This document shows, in pieces, positions 1 through 13,428 of a stretch of DNA of 64,000 nucleotides. The notes beneath the pieces were generated by a model that had not been told where the DNA came from, did not search any database, and was given only the letters and a program-made list of their open reading frames with translations. The DNA is taken from the NCBI GenBank assembly GCA_002269645.1, contig NIVC01000800.1, forward strand, positions 62,001 through 126,000, given 5' to 3'. Each line of letters starts with the position of its first letter. The stretch's first letter is position 1. Made by a program: the position numbers and the translations under genes. Origin of the DNA: Macrostomum lignano (taxonomy: Eukaryota).

Positions 1-308
1 GACACTTCACAGACTGGACACTTCACAGACTGGACACTTCACAGACTGGACACTTCACATACTGGATACTTCACATACTGGACACTTCACAGACTGGACA
101 CTTCACAGACTGGACACTTCACATACTGGATACTTCATATACTGGACACTTCACAGACTGGACACTTCACAGACTGGACACTTCACAGACTGGACACTTC
201 ACAGACTGGACACTTCACAGACTGGACACTTCACAGACTGGACACTTCACATACTGGATACTTCACAGACTGGACACTTCACATACTGGATACTTCATAT
301 ACTGAACA
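1..308. repeat. 16-bp minisatellite (GACACTTCACAGACTG)n, cut by the window start
   Basis: About 19 tandem copies visible, with cagac/catac variants. Confidence 0.95.
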
Positions 309-816
309 CTTTAACTCGCAGAAATTCTCAGCTGACTTCGTTTTCGAAAGATTTAAAACAAACCTTTTGAGTTCATAAAATTTCTAGGAGAATGGATGAA
401 GCGAGCCCATCCGCTACTAATAGTAGTAGTCGCGTGTGTAATCTGCACTGAATGGCCTTGCAAGCGCAGTTTCAATGCTATAAAACAAGCGGCCTGTCCT
501 TTGCTTCACTGAATAATGTACGCTCCTCTATTCTTCATGCAATGGGCCGGGATAGGCTGAGAAGCAGGGGCAGACGGGCTTGAATTTGAGTCTTCTCACA
601 TTGGGTGCGCCAGTGCGAAATCTGCGCTTCTACAGTGGGTGGGCGGGCAGCTGTTGCTGTTGCAGAGACACTTTTGTAAGGCGCATTGTGGCGCACCCTA
701 TTTAAATTATCTTGGGTGGGTCTCTCTGGGCTTATTGTGAATTTCTCTGCGGCTTCCATCGTTTTCTCACGCGCTGAAGAAGATCAAACTAAAAGAAACC
801 TAAGCGACCAAGGAGA

Positions 817-3800
817 ATGAAGCCGCTGATTTCTGTTGCGTTGCTTCTAGTAGCAGCAGCAGGAATTCCTTCTTGCCTCGGACAGCTGGTCTGGGTAAAC
901 GACTGCAGCGCCACTTTCAAGCTAGGCTTGCAGGAAAATGTCCCAGTGGGAACTCGGCTCTGCACCCTGGCCGCTACCTACAATAACAATAGTGCTCGGG
1001 TGACTTACGAAGCGGTTAGCGATAATTTCAATGTGAACACCACGACTGGAGTGCTGAGCATGGCCAGGATCATCGACAGAGAGGTGCGTTACCTGCCCTC
1101 GTTAGCAGGGCCTTTGCGGGGCTAAATGCAATCCTGACACCCTGATAGCGTCCTGACACCCTGCTGACGTCCTGACACCCTGCTGACGTCCTGACACCCT
1201 GCTAGCGTCCTGACACCCCTGCTAGCATCCTGACACCCTTGCTGATGTCCTGACACCCTGCAAGCATCTTGACACACTTGCTGATGTTCTGACACCCAGC
1301 TAGCGTCCTGACACCCTTGCTGATGTCCTGACACCCTGCTAGCATCCTGACACACTTGCTGATGTCCTGATACCCTGCTAGCATCCTGACACCCTTGCTG
1401 ATTTCCTGACACCTGCTAGCGACCTTCACCCTTGCTGATGTCCTGACACCCTGCTAGCGACCTGGTACCCTGCTAGCATCCAGGCATCCTGATGACGTCC
1501 TGACACCACCACCACCACCATGACACCCTCAGGCTTTCTCTGCCTGATACTTATGCACCCAAAGACGGTGCATAGTGGCTGTGAGAACAAAAGTCAGCGC
1601 ATTTCATTCACACCCACAGACCATAGACCCGGCCAGCAGAGACACGGTGCTGCTGACAGTGCGGGCCAGATACAACCCAGCCTCTCTATCCATCGAAGCC
1701 GCCATCACCATCACCATCTTGGACGTCAACGACAATCAGCCGCAGTTTGAAGGCCAACCGTATTCCGCCAGCGTGTCGGAAGCGGCTCCAAACGGCACCG
1801 TGTTCTACTCAGGCATCGTGGCCACCGACTCAGACGCCGGAACCAACGCCGAGCTGACGCTCAGCTGCATCAACTGCGCCAAGTTCCACCTCTTCCAGAC
1901 CCGACTGGCCGCCAACCGGTACCAGGGCTCGCTGATGCTGGTCGAGCCCGTGGACTACGAGCAGGACACTTACTACATCGTCACCGTCTTGGCCAAGGAC
2001 AGTAGCGCCACCAACCCGCTCAACCGCACCGTCAACGTCATCGTCACCATCGGCGACGCCCAGGACACGCCGCCGGTGTTCCGCGACCGCTACATCAGCT
2101 TCACCATCACCGAGAACAACACCGTCGTGTCCGCGCTCGGCTACGTTGAGGCCCGCGACGGCGACGGTGGCGACAACCTCGGCCGGCCAGTGGTGCTTGA
2201 CATTGTCAACGACCCGATCGGGGCCTTCCTTTTCAGGGCAACGCTGGACCCGCTGCTCAGCTCGGTGTACTACCGGGGCGAGCTGGTGCTGAAGCCGGGC
2301 GCGGTGCTGGATCGCGAGGCCTGGTACGGCAACTTCTACAGCTTCAACATCAGCGCCACGGAGATTTACTCGAAGTCGAACACCACAAAAACTGACGCGG
2401 TAAGGCAGAACGCAGTCGAGATAATCGTCATCGACATCAACGACAACATTCCGGCATTCGTCGACGGGCCAATCTTCAACGTGACCACGCCGGAGAACCT
2501 CGCCAATTTGTCCGTCATCGGCGGCCTGGACATTCTGGTGCGAGACGCGGACGGCACGTCCAGGTACAACACGATGAACGTGTCCGTGCAGTCGTCCACG
2601 TACGCCAACGTGTTCGCTATCACGCCAAGCACAGTGGTTGGCCAGGGCACCTGCAACCTGCTGGTCATGGACTCTACCAAGCTAGACTACGAGGTGCCTG
2701 CCTACCGAGAGCATGAGGTGGTGCTGCTGCTCCAGGAGGCCGGCACAACCGAGAAGTTCTCTTCCTCGGCGACTATCTATATTCGGCTGACTGACATCAA
2801 CGATAATGCCCCCACCTTTGGGGGCAATTCCTCGTTTTTTCAGTGAGTAGTTCGCTTCCAGCATTGGGCAACGTTTATACGAGCTAGTAGACAAACAGCC
2901 TGGGAAGTGTCGTTCGATGTGATTCTGCACTGGGAAGTGGCTCTCGAGGGGCAAACAGAAAAAGATCAGATGTGTCCATAATGGGTCCGGTTTTACTATA
3001 TATTTTTGGGCTCCTGGCCCCACCTTTGCCAGGCATGCTGTGGCACTAAAGATACGTACATATGATGCATGCATACGTACGCGTCCGAGTGTTCAGAGGA
3101 TCCACAGCCTAGGCCATCACAGATGTCACAGACGGCGTTGCGCCACGGTGCCTATCGCCCATCTGTGTGTACTTTTCATGGTTTTCTAGGAAAGTGTAAA
3201 AGGTCCCCTGGGATTGAGGTCCTTTTACACTTACGAAAGCAAGCCAACTGCATGCACGCACATACCGCCCACAGGTTCAGCGTGCTGGAGATTCGCCCGG
3301 TCGGCTGGCTGGTCGGCCACGTCCGCGCCACCGACCGCGACTCCGGCCTGCTCGGCGAGGTGACCCACTCGCTCAGCGGGTCGAACGCCGACAAACTGTC
3401 AATCAACGCCACGACTGGCCAGCTGAATCTGGCCAAGCCGCTCAACTACGACATCGAGAAGGAGTTCAGCGTCACGGTGGTCGCGACCGACGGCGGCGGA
3501 CTGTCATCTGCCGCTGTGGTCTATATCAACGTTCAGGACTATAATGACAAGGCGCCATACTTCAGCCAGGACCGCTACACCGCCACCATCAATGAGCAGT
3601 CGACCATTCTCATCCCGCCGCTGGTGCTCAAGACAAACGACACGGACACGACGGTGCCGATCAAATTCAGCATCATCAGCGGCAACACGCCGGACAATGG
3701 GTTCCGCATCGTCAACCAGAACTCCAGCCTGCTCAACGGCGAGCTTATCATCACCCGGTCTGGCGGCTTCAACTTCACGGACACTCCGTCCGGCACCTTC

Positions 3801-6800
3801 GGACGCTTCATTTTGCACGTGCTGGCCCAGGACGAAGGTGACCGCCGCTGAACGCCACCACCATTGTTGAGATCAGCCTCCGCGACATCAACAACAACCC
3901 GCCCATCTTCAATCCGAAGAACTACTCGGCGGTGATCAAGGAGACCACGGCGGAGGGCACCATCATCGCCACTCTGACGGCCACGGATGCTGACATTGAC
4001 GCGGAGACCAACAAGAGGATCACCTACCAGCTGCAGTCGGGCAGCGTCGAGAAGTTCACCATCAACAGCCTCACCGGGGAGCTCAGCGTGGCCAGGACCA
4101 ACAATTTCGACATCAACCGGGAGGGCAGCCTCTTCTATGTGCAGGTGGTGGCCAGAGACAACGGCGCGCCCACCCAGTCCGACGTGGCCTCCGTCTACGT
4201 CACCGTGCTGGACGCGAACAACAAGAATCCGTTCTTCTTCCAGCCGCTGTACATCTTCCAGATTGTCGAGGACACCCCCATCGGCAGCCTGGTGGGCTTC
4301 GTGAACGCCAGCGATCAGGACAGCAACGCTCGCCTGGAGTTCACCGTGAATCCCACCTCCATCACCGCCATGAATCCATTCAGCATCCCGGTGACGTCCC
4401 GGGCTCCGTTCGACTATCTGGCCGCCTTCCAGATGAACAGCAGCGGCTTCATCACCACCCAGTTGGTGATGAACCGCGACGCCGTCGCCCAGGTCCAGAT
4501 GGTTGCGGTGGTCCGCGACCTCAACGCCGAGCTGCCGCCGATCCAGACCGCCACCAGCACGGTGGTGATCCAAATCACCCAGCGGAGCTCCCGCTCGCCG
4601 GTGTTCAGCGCGCCCTTGGTCCGTGTCCAGCCCGCAGATCCTGGTGCCGATGCCGGAGGGCCTCCCAGTCGGCACCACCATCATCACCCTGGTGGCCAGC
4701 GACCCGTCCACCAACGAGAAGGTGACCAACTTCCGCGTCATCCCCGGATCGGACAGCGAGAGCGCCTTCACGCTGGACTCGCGCACCGGCACCCTGACGC
4801 TGAACAAAGTGCTGGACTACGAGAACCGGATCAACAAGCGGCTGTCGGTGATTGTGGAGGCCCGCACCAGCGCCAACACCACGGCGCTCTGCACTGTCTA
4901 CGTCATCATCGAGGACATCAACGATAATCCGCCCGTGTGAGTGGCTGAGCCGCGTTTTGGGGAAGTGGGGGAGGAGTATGGCGAGTGCGATGGAGAGTAG
5001 GAGAGGGTGGGAGAGAGTGAGAGAGAGTGGGAGAGAGTGAGAGAGAGTGAGAGAGAGTGAGAGAGAGTGAGAGAGAGTGGGAGAGAGTGAGAGAGAGTGG
5101 GAGAGAGTGAGAGAGAGTGAGAGAGAGAGTGAGAGAGAGTGAGAGAGAGTGGGAGAGAGTGAGAGAGAGTGGGAGAGAGTGAGAGAGAGTGGGAGAGAGA
5201 GGGAGAGAGTGAGAGAGAGTGGGAGAGAGTGGGAGAGAGTGAGAGAGAGTGGGAGAGAGTGAGAGAGAGTGAGAGAGAGTGAGAGAGAGTGAGAGAGAGA
5301 GTGGGAGAGAGTGAGAGAGAGTGGGAGAGAGTGAGAGAGAGTGAGAGAGAGAGTGAGAGAGAGTGAGAGAGAGTGGGAGAGAGTGAGAGAGAGTGGGAGA
5401 GAGTGAGAGAGAGTGGGAGAGAGAGGGAGAGAGTGAGAGAGAGTGGGAGAGAGTGGGAGAGAGTGAGAGAGAGTGGGAGAGAGTGAGAGAGAGTGAGAGA
5501 GAGTGAGAGAGAGTGGGAGAGAGTGAGAGAGAGTGGGAGAGAGAGGGAGAGAGTGAGAGAGAGTGGGAGAGAGTGAGAGAGAGTGAGAGAGAGTGAGAGA
5601 GAGTGGGAGAGAGTGAGAGAGAGTGAGAGAGAGTGAGAGAGAGTGGGAGAGAGTGAGAGAGAGTGAGAGAGAGTGAGAGAGAGTGGGAGAGAGTGAGAGA
5701 GAGTGGAGAGAGTGAGAGAGAGTGGGAGAGAGTGAGAGAGAGTGGGAGAGAGTGAGAGAGAGTGAGAGAGAGTGAGAGAGAGTGGGAGAGAGTGAGAGAG
5801 AGTGGGAGAGAGTGAGAGAGGGTGAGAGAGAGTGGAGAGAGTGAGAGAGAGTGGGAGAGAGTGAGAGAGAGTGGGAGAGAGTGAGAGAGAGTGGGAGAGA
5901 GTGAGAGCGCCTGAGAGATCAATTACTTTCAGACTTCCCAAACCTCTTAAACAGCAGTGAAATCCCACTCAAACCAACTCGCAGATTCCTATCTTCATCT
6001 TACGCCTTCCTGGTCTCAGAGGACACCCTATCCGCAGGAGTTCGGCCTGGTGGTTGCCACAGACGCAGACAGCGGCGACTATGGCACGCTGAGGTACTCG
6101 CTGCGGGGCACCGGGTCTGAGCTGTTCTTCCTCGACCCGGTGTTCGGCACCATCCGCCAGCGCCGGGGGTCACGCTGGACCGCGAGGCCAAGTCGCAGTT
6201 TGACTTTCTGGTACGTTCGAAGATTGCTGTTTTTGTTGTGGGTGAAACAAATGTTCCCCATAGATATTTATTTCCGTGACTGCGCTAATGTTAATATGAA
6301 GAGATCGAACGGACCAAACTAGAAAGGAACAAAAACAAAATTAATTAAGAGCTAAGCTCAGCGTCAATGACCCATGCATACATTGAAGTCTTAAAGCCAA
6401 AGTACAACAGTTTTAGCATCAGTTAAACTCCGAGCTCTTGCAACCATGCCTAATTCAAATTCGGGCCAAAAAGGAAGTAGTTAAACAAATGGTTAGAAAA
6501 CCAAAGACAGTTCTAAATTGTAAAAAAGTTTTACACTTTTTAAATTTAATCAACCACTTTGGTGTCTTATACCTGAGAAGTACTTACGTTTTCTAAAGCA
6601 CTGCATTTGTTTTTCACCGTTTGTTTAAGTATACTCATTTTGGCGCTAATTTGAATTGGATTATGTTGAACGAATGAATTTACAAATGACTTATGCAACA
6701 ATGAAATTGCATTTTAAATCGCCTTTGTACCAATCTTTTTCCTGACTGCTAGCAGCTGCCAATGATGATGGAGAACGCCGGGGTTCGATTCCCTAATTCC

Positions 6801-9800
6801 CCAATGAGGGCCAAAGTTAACTGTGTACCACAGATTATCAAATTTTAGAATTTCAACTCAGTCATTCGAATAAAAATTGGAGAGAAATTTGCTTCTCATA
6901 TTCCGTAATAATTGCGTTTGTATTATTATCAACAATTCTTTTAGAACATTTAGAATAGTTTCAAACGCAAACTGTTAACATTGCACCACTTGTGGCACCG
7001 AAATGTATTCAGTTCCAAATATTTATCTGCTAACCTCACCGACTTTTGCACACGCACTTCAGTTGCACCAAGTTTTTGCACATCCGCGACTTGATCAAAT
7101 TTCCAATATGACAAACTGGACACTTTGAATTTTATCCTGAATTAGGAAGAACCCCAGGAATGCCAAATTACCTACAGCTGGCAGTGCTGGGGTGCGTTGC
7201 AGTTATCCCAGTGTAATTTACTAAGATACGAGTAAGTGACGATTCTCAGTGTAGGTTAGTGACGATTCTCAGGGTAAATTATTGACGATTCTCAGGGTAG
7301 ATTATTGACGATTCTCAGGGTAGATTAGTGATGTTTTTCCAAGTAGATTAGTGACGATTATCAGGGTAGATTAGTGACGATTCTTAGGGTAGATTAGTTT
7401 ATATTCTCGAAGTAAATTAGCGACGATTTTCATGCTAGATTAGTAAAGATTCTCATGGTAAATTAGCGATGATTCTCGGGGTAGAATAGTGACGATTATC
7501 AGGGTAGATAAGTGACGATTCTTGGGGCTTACCTGGCTGTTGTCCTGGTTACTCCTGGTCCTAATACATGCAAGGGCTCCACAACAGCCCCCAGCACTGT
7601 CAGTCGCTCAGTTCCGGCAGTGCAGCCACACAGAATTCAAGCAATCCGAAACCGGTTCCCGCCTTCCAGGCAAAGATAGCCAACTGCCAGCCGTGTTTAT
7701 TTCAGGTACGTGCCACCGACAACCCCACAGCCAGCACCGCTGCCACGCAGCGCTACACCGACGTGCCACTGACTGTAACACTCACCGACGTTAACGACAA
7801 TGCACCGACCTTTACTAATCCCACGTTTGAGGTGAGCATATTCGAGAACATTCCAGCTGGCAGCGTGATCATCACACTCACCGCGTCCGATCCGGACTCC
7901 GGAGTCAACGGAATTGTCGGGTTCGCGATTCGCAGCGGAAACGAGCTCGGCTACTTCGGCTTGAACCCCACCACTGGAGCCCTGCGCGTCTCCACCAGTC
8001 TGCTGGGCAAGCCGTCGAGGTCCTACGTGCTCAGCGTCACGGCCACGGACGGTGGTACGCCTCCGCAAAGCACCGAGCACCGGCTGACGGTTACCGTTCG
8101 CTCGGTGTCGGAGACTCGAGGCAACCCGGTGGTCACCTACCCGATCGAGGGACGGAGCTACGCCACGGTGGAGGAGGCGCCCATTGGGACTCCAATACTG
8201 CAGGTGCGTGGGAGTTCGTTCAGCCGATGTAGGGCACCCGATGAAAACGGTACCTAAGTCAAGAAGCGTCCCAGAGTCACTTGCGTCACCCCAGAGTCGT
8301 TGCAGATGACATGGTAAAATTGAAAAGAAGTGAGTCTAGAGGACTCTAAAACGACGAGAAGTCAAGGTACAAGCGCCAAAAAGTCGTTAAAGAGTCGCTC
8401 AAGAATCGCTTTGAAGCGTTTCTCTGGGGTGACGCAAGTGACTCTGGGGCCGTAAAGTCGTATTTGAGGCGTGCTGGAGTCGCTCTCGAGGCACTGAGTT
8501 GCAAGCGTATATTCGAAGCGCTTGATGAATTAGAGTCACATCTCTAGTAAAAGTTAAGCGCCAACACAACGATTCTTTGACGACTCTTTCGCGACTCTTA
8601 CGATTATACAACTCACGTGACGCGTTTGAGACGCAAAAGTCGCCTCTCCGTCGCATTAGACGCGTTTGAGTCGTTATAAGTCTTAAGAGTTGTTCCAGAG
8701 TCGCTAGAGTCACTAGAGAGTTGTTTGCAATGACTCGTGGTTCTTGTCACGATATCATTTTCAACAGGGCAATGGGTTAGTTTGCCATGCCAATGCAGGA
8801 TTTAGTTCATCAATTAGTTTACCAGTTAGTTTTGTTGAATTCGGCTCATCGATAAAATAAAAAAACAAACTTTGAATAATTCTATTCATTTCCGGCAGGT
8901 GACCGCCCGCGACCCGGACTCGAGCGGGAGAACATGACTTTTCTGCTCGGCGGCACGGACGCCTCCAAGTTCGCCATCAACGCCAGCACCGGCTGGATCA
9001 GCAGCCGAGTCCGGCTGGATCGCGAAGCTCAGGCCACCTACCAGCTGGTGGCGTTTGTCCGCGACGGCTCCGGCCTGGAGACCCTCGCCCCGGTGCTGTT
9101 CGCCATCTCGCTGACCGACATCAACGACAATCCGCCAGTGTTTGCCGGCTGCAATCTGCAGGTAGGGCTGCTGCTTGGATCCAGCTTACCGTGGCACTGC
9201 TGAAGGTAGCTTTGGTCTCCAGATTCCTGTCAGTGACATTCGGCACTTTAACCGACGTCCCCATAACCCATCGGGCACATGCATGCACATACCATCGTTG
9301 TGCATTGTGCAGTTTGAAATTTTTCAATTTTCAGTACAACACTCAGCCAGTCCCGGTGGTGGTGCCCGAGAATGTGTACAATCGCGAGATCAACACCTTC
9401 ACCGCCTGCGACCCGGACATCAGCCCCAACAACGGCCTGACCTATCGGATCACCTGCGGCAACGAGGCTGGCTACTTCGCGGTGGGCCGCGACACCGGAG
9501 TGCTCAGCGTTGTGAAGCCCATAGACCGGGAGGCCCGTAGCCAGTACCTGCTGTGCCTGATGGCCAATTCAACCCTGCCCGTGGTGCCGCCAGGCAGCGC
9601 CTCGCCTGCCAACCAGTCCCAGCTGATGGTGCTGGTCAATGTCCAGGACGAGGACGACAATGGCCCTACTGCCGAGTCGGCTGTGCAGATCGCCTATCTG
9701 GCCTCCGATGTCATCTACAATACTCAGGTGGGTTGCATGATTATGGAACTGCAGCTGTAGAAACCTATCATTGATTGGTACTGTATAGAAATAAGTAAAC

Positions 9801-12625
9801 AACTATTTATATTAAAGTTGAAAACAAAAAATACAGCCTTTAGTCTATTTAGACTGTCATTTAATTTCATTTAATTGGTCAGGCCATTTATTTTCAAGTG
9901 ATACAGACGTGAGAGAACCTGATTGGCTGCAAGGAGAGAGGACACAATGTACAGTGGCTGAGAGTACAAATCAAGCGGAACCATGTCTAAACTGTAGATA
10001 ATAGTTTAATATAGCTTAAAACTATAGATTAATAGTCTAAATAATATTATAACACCCCTAAAAAAACTCGGCCAGAGATACGAGCCCTCAGCTGACTGCT
10101 GCGCGTTCGTAGCAACGTTTTTGAGGGGTGTTATCTTATACTTAAGGCACTGAAATGGGGGGGGTTAAGTATAGATAAGACAAAGAAGGGGTGGAGTGCG
10201 CGATGAAAGAAAGAGGCGACATCGAAGAGCCAATCAGAGGGCAGCAGGGGAGAGAGAGAAAATAATAAGACTGAAACTAGACGGAGAGAAAAAAGAGTAA
10301 ACAGAGACAAGTCAAGGTGAACTAAGGTGCTTTACAGTCCATGTGGCATTTATTTTGTACTTTTCAATTCGTGTGATTGTGTCTTCAAATCCAATTTCAT
10401 CTGTACTCAAGAGTCTACGTAAAATTTCATCTCACTGTGGTTCAAATGTACTTTAAAAACGCTAAAAAGGTGTTTAATTTTTTGCTGACTCATTCGCGCG
10501 CAGGTGACCACACTGGCCGTGACGGATCCCGATCTGCCGTCCAACTGGAACCACGTCTACTCTGTGCAGCGAAGCGTGTTCACCTCGGCCGACAGGTCAA
10601 AGGTCAACTCGCCAGCCGACGGCGCATTCCGCGTCGATTCAAGCGCCGGCGTCCTGCGCAGCGGCTTCCTAAACTACGCTTCATACATCGGCGGCACCTT
10701 CGACGTGGACGTGCTGGTCTCCGACAGCCGGTCGCGCACTGCCAGGGTCAACGTCCGGGTCAACATTCTGGGCGAGGAGAATCGACTTCGCTACGTGGTG
10801 TCCATGACCCCGGTGCAGGCCCTGGGCGTGGCTCAGCAGCTCATTGACAATGTCACCGCTATGGTGAGACGCACTTTAGTTTTGAAGATGCTTTAAATTG
10901 AGCTCCTTTATCTGACCATAAGAGTGTTTGACATTCTGGTAAAAGTTGACCTTGTTGAGATACTATTTGACAAATCGGTGAAACACTTCTCAGACGCATT
11001 TGCTGGTTTGGCTTGGCTGGTCAAAAGTGGGCGAATGACGCGAATAGTGATTCTCAAGTTCTGGTAGAATGGGACTTTGCTGTTGCGAGTACTGTGTGGG
11101 AATATAGTTATAGTAGAGCAGTGTTTCACACAGAATATACTCAGCAACATCGAAGTCACCATAACAGAAGATTCCGTCTGTGGACGCCGAGTTGCCGAGT
11201 ATACCGGTATATTCTGTGGTGTTTCAGAAGAATTTCACCGACAATTGGGCGGCATGCGACCAGTACTTCGACTTGGCATTTGACATTGTTTAGCAATTTG
11301 ACGATCATTATTCACATTTTTAATGCAGAACAATCCTTTACTACAAAAAATGCATTGTCTGTAAGATAGTCAAACAGAAAAACAATGCAAAGAATATCGA
11401 CGGCGCCCTCTGATTTTCCCATTAACGCCCTTAAAGCATGGGTATTACTAATTATTGTGCCATAGACATTTGTGTCCTTGACAAAGTGGGACAGAATAAT
11501 CGGGCGTTAAATGTCATTAACTGCCCGTTAGGGGTTAGGTCTCGCTGTCAGTTGATTCTTCTCGTCTGCTGGTTGAGTCGTCTTGTTCAGGGTCTCTACC
11601 TTGCAGACTTTTCAGGCGCGCTAACAGAGTTCTCTTGTTACCATTAGTTGGCTGGCCAGCCGCGGAGAGTTGGGCTTTCAATTCTCGGGCTGTAAGTTTA
11701 GCAAGGCTAGCCATCGCGCAAAAAAAATTGAGCAGGTGTGCGACACCGCGAGCAGAGCACAAGCTGGGGGTTAAAAGCTAGCCGCCCCGCGACAACCCCC
11801 CCCCCCCCCCCCAACGCAGACGCCACCCCGCCACCCCTAACACACTTTGTACGCGGCCTACGGCCGCCCACAAAGCACACCTAATTTCGATATTTCTTTC
11901 CTGCAAGCGGGCTGAAATGTAGTCTATGGCATTAAAAGGCAAGAATAAGTGCCCAGCGGGCACAAAGGTCATGGTAAAATCGCACTGGGACCGCTGATTA
12001 TTTATCCATTGTGGCTCAAAGGCTGCGATTGCTGGTCGAATCTTATGAATATTTAAGTTATAAGCTTTTTTAAGAAAGCTGAAAGGACTAAAAGGACGTC
12101 TCAAGCCCGGGGATTGAGTACGATTTTGCTGAGATCTACTGCGTGTAACCGAATGTACTTTGCTCTTAGCGGGTCTGTACAACTCCGGTGTGCAAGGCGC
12201 AATCATCTCCTCCATCTCCCGCCCTCCCAAAGGTTCGCTCCAGCGGCCTCACCCTGACATTCCAACGGGTATCTCTGCACGCCACCACAGCCTCGGGCGC
12301 CGAGCAGAACACAGCGGACGTGTGCTTCGCCGTGGCCGGCTCCGAGTCCCAGATCCTCACTCTGCGCCAGGCTAAGGCCACCCTTGATAAGGGCGTGAGT
12401 TCGAGTCTGGACTCGCTTTACTCTGAGTTCAAAGTGCAGAGCATCGGGTACTGCAACTCGTACAGCTTGTTCAAGACTTACAACTACCTGGGCATCGAAG
12501 GCTACTGGTGGCTGTTCACGGCGATGTCGGCCATCATCATCCCGTTCGCGTTAGGCCTTGTTGGCTTCATGATGGTCCTGTACAACAAGTATGAGACCAT
12601 GTGCACCGCTCTGCAGTATCAGTGA
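817..12625 (+). CDS. Multi-exon non-classical cadherin with ~14 EC repeats, membrane-adjacent domain and one TM helix; Cad87A/CDH23-like
   Basis: Signal peptide MKPLISVALLLVAAAG. GT-AG exons inferred at 817-1083, 1620-2842, 3275-4936, 5985-6210, 7706-8203, 8899-9161, 9335-9727, 10504-10863 and ~12170-12625. Repeated DxNDNxPxF, LDRE/LDYE and AxDxD motifs; the DAQDTPPVF linker is typical of the CDH23/Cad87A group. TM segment YWWLFTAMSAIIIPFALGLVGFMMVLY. Five 1-nt frameshifts (~3845, ~4612, ~6030, ~6165, ~8925) must be assumed. Confidence 0.88.
1130..1505. repeat. 19-bp minisatellite (CCTGACACCCTGCTAGCGT-like) in cadherin intron 1
   Basis: Tandem copies visible; these account for the repetitive ORFs 1122-1412 and 1202-1429. 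Confidence 0.9.
4990..5905. repeat. GA-rich 10-bp satellite (GAGAGAGTGG/GAGAGAGTGA)n in a cadherin intron
   Basis: Pure tandem array that produces the spurious LSHSL ORFs. Confidence 0.95.
7230..7520. repeat. 23-bp degenerate minisatellite (GTAGATTAGTGACGATTCTCAGG)n
   Basis: About 12 diverged tandem copies. Confidence 0.85.
11535..11880 (-). mobile_element. SAP-domain ORF fragment, probably the 5' end of a retroelement or other TE, in a cadherin intron
   Basis: MASLAKLTARELKAQLSAAGQPTNGNKRTLLARL fits the SAP helix-extended-helix consensus. It is antisense and intronic, truncated after ~60 aa, with a GC-rich leader. Confidence 0.5.
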
Positions 12626-12879
12626 TGCACCATAAACGCTATTATTAAACACGATGAGCAGACAAAAACTGGGTTGATGCTTGCCTGGAAATAATGCGCA
12701 TATGCTCCTATATTTTTCACTTGCTAATTTTGACTAGGTAAATTGTACTTTTGAATAATCAAATCAGAAAAGAATTTTCCAGTTTGCATGAGAACCAATT
12801 GCAGCCAAAAACTGATAGGAATCTTCTTGATATATCTTTTTTATTTCGAAAGATTATGTTAATATTAAGGGTACACTGA

Positions 12880-13330
12880 CCCTCGTTCGATTTTTAGGGA
12901 TGTACATTGAGGGTAGAGTAATCGATATTTAAGGATGTAAATTGAGGGTAAGAGTAATCGATATTTGAGGATACAGTTGATCGATATTTGACGATGTACA
13001 TTGAGGGTGGAGTTGATCGATATTTAAAGATGTAGATTGAGGTTACAATGATCGATATTGAGGATGTACATTGAGGGTAGAGTTGATCGGTATTTAAGGA
13101 TGTGCATTGAAGTTAGAGTGATCGATGTTGAGTACATGCATGTGCATAAGGGTAGAGTAATCGATATTTGAGGATACAGTTGATCGATATTTAAGGATGT
13201 ACATTGAGGTTACAATGATCGATATTGAGGATGTACATTGAGGATAGATTTAATCGATATTTGAATGTACGAGTACATTAAAGGTAGGATTGACCGATAT
13301 TTGAGGATGTACATTGAGGGTCATCGAGAC
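12880..13330. repeat. ~36-bp degenerate minisatellite (GATCGATATTTAAGGATGTACATTGAGGGTAGAGTT-like)
   Basis: Repeated GATCGATATT...GATGTACATTGAGG units. Confidence 0.85.
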
Positions 13331-13428
13331 TAGACTAGGAGTAGATTGAGGTTCATAGAAGATCATAGAAGCCGATTCATGACATCGGTTCAGTTCTTTT
13401 GTTTTTTCTCATAATCCAGCTGCATAAC

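Noticed and set aside
535-759. 74-aa minus-strand ORF divergent from the cadherin start
   Set aside because: No recognisable motif or downstream exon; probably promoter or UTR sequence.
3575-4807. 410-aa minus-strand ORF and other antisense ORFs over the cadherin, LINE, piggyBac and SDHA
   Set aside because: Antisense shadows of GC-rich coding sequence with no domain features.
4898-5968. LSHSL, CLSV/DRQT, IYLS, MGQ/RWD and SNETGYQ/LIASLIR long ORFs (also at 20.7-22.2, 23.6-25.1, 25.6-26.6 and 52.9-55.3 kb)
   Set aside because: Translations of micro- and minisatellites in introns or intergenic DNA, with no signal peptide, splice context or codon-position bias.
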